DNA of 64,000 nt from Bacillota bacterium. Its GTDB lineage: Bacteria > Bacillota > Clostridia > Acetivibrionales > DTU013. Every line of letters begins with the position of its first letter. The stretch's first letter is position 1. The notes below the pieces were generated by a model. That model had not been told where the DNA came from, did not search any database, and was given only the letters and a program-made list of their open reading frames with translations. This document shows, piece after piece, positions 27,152 through 34,661 of the stretch. The stretch spans positions 10,027 through 74,026 of the forward strand of contig JAEYRB010000006.1 in the NCBI GenBank assembly GCA_023409735.1, in the 5' to 3' direction. Made by a program: the position numbers and the translations under genes.

Positions 27152-27230
27152 GAAATGTTGAAACAGTATTATGTATAGTGTGTTTTGGATTGTGTGATTC
27201 CGTACCTCGGTACTCAAAGAGATAAACGTC

Positions 27231-27263
27231 AAAAAACCGCAAGCATTGTGCTTGCGGTTTTTT
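27231..27263 (+). terminator. rho-independent terminator after the surface protein gene and the third att-like repeat
   Basis: CCGCAAG (27237-27243) pairs with CTTGCGG (27251-27257), flanked by an A-run and TTTTTT. Confidence 0.7.
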
Positions 27264-27323
27264 ATGGGCTCAGTGTCAATAATCGGGGCGGGCCTCTAGC
27301 AAAATAAATAATAATATTTTTTC

Positions 27324-27420
27324 CCGACTTTTTATAACCGGAACCATATTTTATGTCGAAAAAATCATGTTACATACAGTGGATGGTTTTTGCGAGAGAT
27401 TTTTGATATATTGAACATGA
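27324..27420 (+). promoter_or_regulatory. conserved upstream element, copy 2
   Basis: Homologous to 23266-23362. It ends 50 nt before the ATG at 27471. Confidence 0.5.
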
Positions 27421-27470
27421 AATATGTGTTTTCATCGATTAACCAGCAGAATCTGTATAGGAGGACTGAT

Positions 27471-30278
27471 ATGATGAAAAAACGACTTATGAGTATTTTG
27501 CTTATCCTGTGCATTGTTATGACCGTGCTGCCGTTATCGATAATGGCGGCGGAAGGTAGTACACCCGCTACTGAGTCGAGCAATACAAGCGGGACTCAAA
27601 ACTACTATGACAGTGATGTTACATGGCTCGGCACCACATCCGAGTATCAAAAGACCCTCAATGTTTTCTTTGATTCAGGATTGCGCAAGGTAGAGGTGAA
27701 CGACAAATACGGACTAGTTGACAGGAACGGAGCCTTCATTGTGCAGCCAATCTATGATGAGATCCAAGCCTACTACATGCACAAAGAAAGAGGTAAAACT
27801 GCTTCAATAGACCAAAATTTAAGAGCAGAAAAAATATTCGTTGATGGATATGTTCAGGCAAAACGAAATGGGAAAATGGGATTGCTTGATAACAAGGGCA
27901 AAGAAGTCATTCCCTGTAACTATGATGCGGTGGGACTACCATCGGAGGGCATATGCCGTATCAGTAAAAATACAAAAGGAAAGACTTACATTGGCTATTG
28001 GAGCCTGACACAAGGTAAGGAGATTGTTGCGCCAAATAAGTATGTTCTCCCCTATGGTTACGAAGATTTAGGAAATCCACAGGGAGGTGAAATACAAGGG
28101 TTCTGTATGCCCGATATCGGTGAAGATAGGATTGCCGTGGCATTTGACTTCTATGACGGATATGCGCTGGTTACTACAGGGAAAGAGGTTAAGGTTACTG
28201 AAGAGTGTGTAACCAATAGCAGTAACAACTGTTCAAGAACATTGGTCTATGCTCAAATTATTGATAAAAACGGTAAGGAAATACTAAAAGGTGGACCGTA
28301 CCCTTTTAATATAAATCCGGCAATTTCTAAAGATTATCCGCAGGCAGGACAGTATATGGTTTACGACCAGCTCTCCACAAAAAGGATTCGTATGAAAACG
28401 GATGCCGGGGATGAGGTAACCTTTAAGTCCCATCTTGAGTCCGGTATTGTCGGGCCGAAAGGCATTCTTATAAAAGCGCAATATCATGGTGGTATTTGGG
28501 GTAACTCAGCAGTAGGATGGTATGCACCTGGTGCCCAGATGAAGATCATTCCTGAACTGTCATTGGCTTTAACGCTGAATTGTGGTTACGAAGGTATCAA
28601 AGAATCTGCCGCTAAAATCGGTGTTATTAATTTCAGCAACAAGGTTATTATTCCTTTTGGAAGTAATAATTATTTATACTATGATTCCGAGAGCAAGGTG
28701 TTTGTTGCAGAAATGGGTAAACCTGTATATAAGCCCGATGGGACCAAGATTTCCGGAACAGAAAAACGGTCAGACTATCTTATTGTGAATGGTTATGCTA
28801 TATTAGGAGAAGAAGGAGATGATACGGACAATTTCGCATTATCTCCCAAGAAAGTTATATCAGTAAAGACTGGTAAAACCTATTCCATCGTAAATATAAA
28901 GGGTTCTGTCTGTTCTATGGTAAGTGCCAAGGACACCCTTTGGGTGAAAAAAAACAACAAGTGGGGGTTTATCAATGTAAGTGGTAAAATAATACTTCCA
29001 TTTGAGTACGAGGATATAAATATCTCTGCTTGGCAAGATAAATCAAAACCCTATGCTCTTGTAAAGAAAAGCGGGAAGTGGGGCATGGTTGACACAACAG
29101 GCAAAGTGCTTTTAGAGTGCAAATATAGCTCCATAGGATGGGGCGATGATGATTATTTCAATATCAAGGATTCTAGCACAGGAAAATATGGAATATATAA
29201 CTATAATACTTTTAAAATCACAACTCCATGCATTATGGAAGGTGTAATTAACGGCTCAATCTTTTTGGAGAATGGGTGGGGAAGTATTGGTGGTACAGTG
29301 CCTATTAATGTTGGAAATAGCCTGAACGCTCTATTTGATATGGACACCGGAAAACAAGTCACTTCCACTTATTTAGTAATGAAACCATCAAGCCGTGGAT
29401 TGTTTTATAACACCTATAATAATTACTTTGGACCAGATGGGCGAAGTGTATTTAACAGAGCTGAAGACTCAATAAACTATACGCTTGTAGTAAAAGACGG
29501 AAAAGTCGGTTCTATCAACGTATCAAGACTAAAAATAGGCGGCAAGCTGCCCACTGCAACCTATGCCAAACCTGTGCCTGAGACAATAACGCCTAGAGGC
29601 TATATTGTTGCGTATCCGGAAAATCGGGTTTATATGATAGGGGATGGCTTCGATATAACAGGTCTTATTGTACATTATTCAGATGAGAATGGAGTTCGCA
29701 GTATTGTAGATAATTCAAAGCTTAAGCTTTACACATCTGGTACTGTTGAACTGACGCAGGGCAGAGCATTTACAGCCGGCGGAATAAAAACGGTTGAAGT
29801 TCAGTATGACGGCAAAAAGGTTGATACATTCGATGTTAATGTTATACCAAAAGAAGCAGGTAATATTCTGCGGGATGGTGATTATTATATGCAAATCTTT
29901 GGTAAGTACATTTATCCGGTAAATGGAAATGGTACTTTATGGTTAGAGCTTTCGGACAAAAAACCTGATAAGCCGTTTACTGTAAAACTGATAAACTATA
30001 GCGAAGACCGTGGGCCTGCGTATACGATATCTTATGACGGGACAAATATCGGCCAGCCATCCTCACAGAATGGGGTTCAGTTGCAAACAGCGGCACTTAC
30101 CCATGTGTGGAGAATCAATAAATATTCTAACTTCTGCACTATCCGGGATTATGGTAACCAACAGCTGATTGTTAACGCAAGCGGTGAAAAGAGTGCTAAT
30201 GGTACAAAAGTCATTGTATGGAAAAAAACAGGGTCGGCACCGGAACACGCAAAAATAAAGTTTATAAAAGCTGACTGA
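27471..30278 (+). CDS. secreted protein with WG-containing repeats, an Ig-like domain and a C-terminal beta-trefoil-like module
   Basis: ATG after AGGAGG and signal peptide MMKKRLMSILLILCIVMTVLPLSIMAAEG. Repeated KYGLVD/KMGLLD/KWGFIN/KWGMVD units. The C-terminus is similar to the trefoil-like module of 23417..27151 (LIVNASGEKSANGTKVIVW versus MVVNASGQNSEDGTQIILW). Confidence 0.8.
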   Translation: MMKKRLMSILLILCIVMTVLPLSIMAAEGSTPATESSNTSGTQNYYDSDVTWLGTTSEYQKTLNVFFDSGLRKVEVNDKYGLVDRNGAFIVQPIYDEIQAYYMHKERGKTASIDQNLRAEKIFVDGYVQAKRNGKMGLLDNKGKEVIPCNYDAVGLPSEGICRISKNTKGKTYIGYWSLTQGKEIVAPNKYVLPYGYEDLGNPQGGEIQGFCMPDIGEDRIAVAFDFYDGYALVTTGKEVKVTEECVTNSSNNCSRTLVYAQIIDKNGKEILKGGPYPFNINPAISKDYPQAGQYMVYDQLSTKRIRMKTDAGDEVTFKSHLESGIVGPKGILIKAQYHGGIWGNSAVGWYAPGAQMKIIPELSLALTLNCGYEGIKESAAKIGVINFSNKVIIPFGSNNYLYYDSESKVFVAEMGKPVYKPDGTKISGTEKRSDYLIVNGYAILGEEGDDTDNFALSPKKVISVKTGKTYSIVNIKGSVCSMVSAKDTLWVKKNNKWGFINVSGKIILPFEYEDINISAWQDKSKPYALVKKSGKWGMVDTTGKVLLECKYSSIGWGDDDYFNIKDSSTGKYGIYNYNTFKITTPCIMEGVINGSIFLENGWGSIGGTVPINVGNSLNALFDMDTGKQVTSTYLVMKPSSRGLFYNTYNNYFGPDGRSVFNRAEDSINYTLVVKDGKVGSINVSRLKIGGKLPTATYAKPVPETITPRGYIVAYPENRVYMIGDGFDITGLIVHYSDENGVRSIVDNSKLKLYTSGTVELTQGRAFTAGGIKTVEVQYDGKKVDTFDVNVIPKEAGNILRDGDYYMQIFGKYIYPVNGNGTLWLELSDKKPDKPFTVKLINYSEDRGPAYTISYDGTNIGQPSSQNGVQLQTAALTHVWRINKYSNFCTIRDYGNQQLIVNASGEKSANGTKVIVWKKTGSAPEHAKIKFIKAD

Positions 30279-30334
30279 TTGAGTTTTGAGCAGATTATGC
30301 CGCTGGCCCAAATGGACCGGCGGCGTATGTAATA

Positions 30335-31225
30335 TTATGTTAATCTTTCAATAACCTCTTGTGCAATACGAATAAATTCTTTTAAAATAAAAGACAGCCA
30401 CTTATCGCGGTGCCAAATGATCTGAGATTTGATTTCGTAATCGCATTTATAATTAAGTGGAGCTAACTTTCCGGCATTTATTTCTGCACCTGCAGCGGTT
30501 TGTGGGAGGATACATACCCCGAGGCCGCTTTCGGTAAGATTTTTTATGGCCTGTAAACTTTCAGTTTCTAGTATAATTTTTGGATTTATACCGCTTCTCT
30601 CCAAATCATTTATGAAGTTTCTACGGTAATAAGCAGCCGGTTCAGTCAAAATTAAGGGGATACCGTCAAAATCTATTGGGCTGAGATTCTCCTTAGATGC
30701 AAGCCGATGATAAGGAGAAGCAAGAACAAGGATTGGTTCCAATGCTTCTGCAGTGTACTTGATTTCTGGGATTTTATTTAAATACCCGATAGTATAAGCA
30801 AGGTCAATTTTGTTATCACGTAATTCATTTAAAAATTCAGAACATTTAAGTATCTTTAAATAAATATCTACTTCTGGATATATTAGACTAAAGGATTTAA
30901 TAATAGCTGGCATTTTTTCGATGCAAAGAGAATCACAGATGCCGATTCGAATGGTTCCAGTTTTGCTGGTTGCTTCTTTTGAAAATTCCTGCAAATTCTG
31001 TGATATTTTTAATAGTTGACAAACAGAGGGTAAAAGCCTGCAGCCTGCTTCAGTCATAGTAACCCTCTTTCCGATTCTATCAAAAAGAGGTATGCCTAAT
31101 TCCTCCTCTAATTTTTTAATATGTAGGGTGATACAGGATTGAGTATATCCCAGCTTGTTTGCTGCTCTAGTGAAATTAAGCTCATTGCTTAAGACATAAA
31201 ATGACTGTAGTTGTCTGAAATCCAT
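30335..31225 (-). CDS. LysR-family transcriptional regulator
   Basis: N-terminal HTH (FYVLSNELNFTRAANKLGYTQSCITLHIKKLEEELG) and a LysR substrate-binding region. 296 aa. Confidence 0.9.
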   Translation of the reverse strand: MDFRQLQSFYVLSNELNFTRAANKLGYTQSCITLHIKKLEEELGIPLFDRIGKRVTMTEAGCRLLPSVCQLLKISQNLQEFSKEATSKTGTIRIGICDSLCIEKMPAIIKSFSLIYPEVDIYLKILKCSEFLNELRDNKIDLAYTIGYLNKIPEIKYTAEALEPILVLASPYHRLASKENLSPIDFDGIPLILTEPAAYYRRNFINDLERSGINPKIILETESLQAIKNLTESGLGVCILPQTAAGAEINAGKLAPLNYKCDYEIKSQIIWHRDKWLSFILKEFIRIAQEVIERLT

Positions 31226-31342
31226 GTTAAGCTCCTTACTATAATGAAATGTTATTATAACAATGATAATGATTAATTGTACTGATTATAAATTTGATGC
31301 TATCATATTATTACATAACAAGCAATAAAAGGAGATAAGGAA

Positions 31343-31846
31343 ATGGATGAATTTATGAGAGCATTAGTAAGCGAACAAAGACATAATATGATTCCTGTTG
31401 AAAAGGACTATTTTGGTTGTTTGATTGGCGAATGGGATTTTGATTGGAGAGATGCAATAGGAACAAAAAATGAAAGACTTGTAAAGGGTGAATGGATATT
31501 TTCAAGAATTATAGATGGTATGGGAATACAGGATCTATTTATCTGTCCATCTAGGCAAGAAAGAGAGAAACTAAAGGTGCCAGATGCAGAATACGGTACG
31601 ACGATTAGAACATATAATCCGACAACTGGCAATTGGGAAATATACTATTGCTGCTATGGAGAAAGCACAAGACTTGAAGCAGTAAAGGAAGAAGATAGAA
31701 TTGTACTGACAGAAAAAGAACATGGCACAATGAAGTGGATTTTTTCGGAGATAGAAGAAAACAGTTTTCATTGGCAGAATGTTATGCTAAACGATGAAGG
31801 AAAGTGGGTAGTATGCGCCGATTGCCGTGCAGCTAGAAGAAAATGA
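31343..31846 (+). CDS. hypothetical protein (167 aa), divergent from the LysR gene
   Basis: Good RBS (AAAGGAGATAAGGAA) and no internal stops. No family recognised. Confidence 0.5.
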   Translation: MDEFMRALVSEQRHNMIPVEKDYFGCLIGEWDFDWRDAIGTKNERLVKGEWIFSRIIDGMGIQDLFICPSRQEREKLKVPDAEYGTTIRTYNPTTGNWEIYYCCYGESTRLEAVKEEDRIVLTEKEHGTMKWIFSEIEENSFHWQNVMLNDEGKWVVCADCRAARRK

Positions 31847-31988
31847 TGTATATATAAGACTACGCTCACATATTGTGAACATGTGGCAGATATGATAAAA
31901 TTGTTTCTTGTGTAAATAGCAGAATTAGAAAGATAATGTAAAGTAACTTATGAAAAACGCGCTTAGATGTTATAAGGAGAGAGTATAT

Positions 31989-32027
31989 ATGATCCTAGTA
32001 ATAGCAAAAGCTCCATGCATGGTTTGA
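31989..32027 (+). CDS. candidate 12-aa leader peptide (MILVIAKAPCMV) upstream of the MFS gene
   Basis: AAGGAG lies 8 nt before the ATG. The ORF 3-prime half forms the left arm of a 10-bp hairpin (32010-32019 with 32034-32043). Confidence 0.35.
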   Translation: MILVIAKAPCMV

Positions 32028-32126
32028 GGATGCTGCATGGAGCCTGATATACATAAATAGGTTATCGTCCTCAAGCTTTGCGATTTGGTTTAGAGATAAA
32101 TAGAAAATCAAAGGAGCAAAGTTAAT

Positions 32127-33416
32127 ATGAAAACTACATTAAAAGAGTTAAGAACATTTTTTATTCTCTGGAGTACACAGTCTCTGTCGCAGCTTGGAAG
32201 CACAATGACGAATTTTGCACTGACGCTGTGGCTATATGAAAAGACGGGTTCTGCACTTCAAACGGCACTTCTATCGATATGCTCCTATGCACCTTATGTG
32301 TTGATGAGTATTTTTGCAGGAGCGCTTAGCGATCGATGGGATAAGAAAAAGGTAATGCTGATTTGTGATACTCTTGCGGCATGTTCTACTGTTACAGTTT
32401 TAATCTTGCTGAAAACAGGTTTACTCAGTCCCGTATATATGTATCTTCTAAATGCTTTGAACGGTCTGATGAACACTGTCCAGAGTCCGGCAAGCGATGT
32501 GGCAATGACATTGATCACGCCTAAGAGATTTTATCAGAAAACAAGTGGTATGAGGTCTTTTTCCCAGTCTCTTGTAACGATTTTACACCCCGTTTTTGCG
32601 ACGGCATTATTTTCGTTTGCCGGGCTGGAGGCTGTAATATATACGGATATTGCAACCTTTGCTGTGGCGTTTTTTACACTTTTTTTCTTTGTCCGGATAT
32701 CTTCTATTACAAAAGAAGCAGCAATACAGAAAGAACCTCTTTTAGAGTCAGTAAGTGTTGCTTTAAAATATCTGCAGAAAAATGGCCTGATTCTTGTTTT
32801 AATACTTTTCCTTGCAGGTGTGAATTTAGTTGCATCTGCATTTGATGCGGTGCTTCCGGCATTTGTGCTTCCGAGAGAGAATGGAGGGACAGTAGTGCTT
32901 GGTATTGTCACCTCTTGCGCGGGAATTGCGACACTTATAGGCAGCTTGATAGTAACAGTTCTGCCTGCTCCCAGGAACCGCATTCGTGTAATATGCCTTA
33001 CAATGCTGCTTTCGCTTAGTATAGAAAATTTCCTGCTCTCGTTTAGCAGGCAGCCGCTTCTGTGGTGTCTTGCACAGATCATAGGATGGATGCCGGTACC
33101 TGTGATGAGTGCGAATCTGGATGTTATACTTCGCTCGACGATTCCCGCGGATATGCAGGGACGTGTATATTCCTGCAGAAACACACTGCAATTCTTTACC
33201 ATTCCAATAGGGTTCTTTTTAGGAGGACTAATGGTTGATCGTGTATGTGAGCCTTTTATGGCATCGCCGGCTTCTCCTGGACTTTTAACACAGCTTTTTG
33301 GTGTCGGAAAAGGCTCAGGTGCCGCAATGATGATGTTTATTCTTGGCGTTGCAGGCACAGCTATCTGTTTGATCTTTGGACGAATTTTGCAAAAGTATAA
33401 ATATGAAGAGGTGTGA
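32127..33416 (+). CDS. MFS transporter, DHA3/macrolide-efflux-like 12-TMS family
   Basis: 429 aa polytopic protein with an N-terminal FFILWSTQSLSQLGSTMTNFALTLWLYEKTGSA pattern, typical of this MFS subfamily. Confidence 0.8.
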   Translation: MKTTLKELRTFFILWSTQSLSQLGSTMTNFALTLWLYEKTGSALQTALLSICSYAPYVLMSIFAGALSDRWDKKKVMLICDTLAACSTVTVLILLKTGLLSPVYMYLLNALNGLMNTVQSPASDVAMTLITPKRFYQKTSGMRSFSQSLVTILHPVFATALFSFAGLEAVIYTDIATFAVAFFTLFFFVRISSITKEAAIQKEPLLESVSVALKYLQKNGLILVLILFLAGVNLVASAFDAVLPAFVLPRENGGTVVLGIVTSCAGIATLIGSLIVTVLPAPRNRIRVICLTMLLSLSIENFLLSFSRQPLLWCLAQIIGWMPVPVMSANLDVILRSTIPADMQGRVYSCRNTLQFFTIPIGFFLGGLMVDRVCEPFMASPASPGLLTQLFGVGKGSGAAMMMFILGVAGTAICLIFGRILQKYKYEEV

Positions 33417-33458
33417 TTCTTCCCTGAGATTTTTTTTGCTGGCCAACAAGCTTCGTGA

Positions 33459-34187
33459 TTATCCTAAAAGATTAGTCATTGATTTATAAATAAGGAAAAT
33501 GCCTATACTCACAACAACTAATGGAGTAAGTATACTTGAATACTTACTCATTTTTTCTTTTATTATGCTATATAATTTATCTACTTTATTTTGAAATTTA
33601 ACATATAAAACATATAATATAATTAATGGTGAAGAATAAATGAGGTTATATAATAGCATTATTAAAACTACAGTTAAAACTGGCAGTTCATAGTTGAGTA
33701 TAATTGATATAAAAGCGAAGTATGGCAATGCTGTGGGAATCTCACAAATTGTTGCTACAGAACCTAAAAAGAATAGTGATACTGGATTGAGGCTTTTGAA
33801 CTTTAATAATGTATTACTCTCTACCAAGTGCTCTGCAAAATCTCCTTTTAAGCTAGAGGTTTTATTTTCAGGAGACTTGTCTTTTTTTTTCATAATTGAA
33901 TAACTTACAGCAACTAAAACTAATATTCCTAAAATTAGTCCAGCTGTATAGACTAATTGAGAATACCTATCCAGGATCATATTCATATAGTTTTTGACAA
34001 CTGCTGCCAGACCATAATACACTAACATACCACCAATAAAATTCACTGTTGCTGTTGCAACAATAAAATACCAGATATGATGCCTTTTCTTGACAAGTCC
34101 TTGAAGTACAAATTGTTGTGTAATTCCTACAGGATTTAGACTATCTATAGCACTTGTAGTAATCGTTGCAATTAATAATGATAACAT
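33459..34187 (-). CDS. uncharacterized polytopic membrane protein (242 aa), downstream of the ykkC riboswitch
   Basis: About 6 hydrophobic segments split by a charged central loop (KKKDKSPENKTSSLKGDFAEH). ATG at 34187. Confidence 0.6.
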   Translation of the reverse strand: MLSLLIATITTSAIDSLNPVGITQQFVLQGLVKKRHHIWYFIVATATVNFIGGMLVYYGLAAVVKNYMNMILDRYSQLVYTAGLILGILVLVAVSYSIMKKKDKSPENKTSSLKGDFAEHLVESNTLLKFKSLNPVSLFFLGSVATICEIPTALPYFAFISIILNYELPVLTVVLIMLLYNLIYSSPLIILYVLYVKFQNKVDKLYSIIKEKMSKYSSILTPLVVVSIGIFLIYKSMTNLLG

Positions 34188-34217
34188 CCTATCGCAATCC
34201 TTTCATATGGATTTTAT

Positions 34218-34344
34218 AAAGGTCTCGGGGGCATCGAGCCCTCTTGCCTCTTTTGTAGCACCTCGGTCAATGCCATTAATAAAAGCCTCGGGGGCAACTG
34301 TCCCTCTCGCCTTTTTGCTTTAGCCCTTCGGGCAACGCACTAAT
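34218..34344. repeat. two tandem imperfect GC-rich modules of about 64 nt in the riboswitch-to-gene spacer
   Basis: 34218-34280 and 34281-34344 share CTCGGGGGCA, CCCTCT.GCCT.TTT, TCGG and terminal TAAT blocks in the same order. Confidence 0.6.
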
Positions 34345-34468
34345 AAAAAAAGCCTACAGAGATATCAAAATATCTCCTAGGCTTTTGTCCCTCCGTGAGC
34401 ACAGTAGAAACTGTGCGTTTTCTCTCGGACCAGACTAATCTGTACTCAGACTACGGAACCCTAGAAAA
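34345..34468 (-). ncRNA. ykkC-yxkD (guanidine-I-like) riboswitch with terminator expression platform
   Basis: The minus strand reads CTAGGGTTCCG...CTGGTCCGAGAGAAAAC-(hairpin GCACAG/CTGTGC)-CACGGAGGGACAAAAGCCTAGGAGAT. This matches the conserved ykkC blocks. A terminator hairpin overlaps the aptamer 3-prime end, followed by a U-run. Confidence 0.75.
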
Positions 34469-34661
34469 CTAAATACTACTAAAATTTAAATGTATACATA
34501 AGATATCATAATAATTTGTTTAAATCAATGGTTATAATCTGATAGAGTATGATATTCTTCTTCGGGTAATGATAACTCTAATTGATATTATTGGTAAAAA
34601 ACATTATAATAAAGTTACAACGGAATGTTATGTATACAAAGTAAACTATAGGAGGGCACAT

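Larger units (their letters stand above)
22917..27225. mobile_element. att-flanked, integrase-less segment (CIME-like) carrying the GC-rich surface protein gene
   Basis: Bounded by the second (22897-22916) and third (27203-27225) copies of the rpsI 3-prime-end mimic. No recombinase gene lies inside. The cargo gene is visibly GC-rich. Confidence 0.4.

Noticed and set aside
32088-32097. A further AGAGATAA match to the att core
   Set aside because: Only 8 nt match, there is no flanking similarity to the rpsI end, no S9-like reading and no adjacent terminator. Probably chance.
32534-33358. 274-aa minus-strand ORF
   Set aside because: It lies entirely antisense to a well-supported MFS transporter gene. 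The Pro/Ser/Arg-rich shadow frame shows no motifs.
34218-34344. Guanidine-II (mini-ykkC) or guanidine-III motifs in the tandem modules
   Set aside because: There are no ACGR tetraloop hairpins and no match to the remembered ykkC-III consensus, so they are kept only as unexplained repeats.
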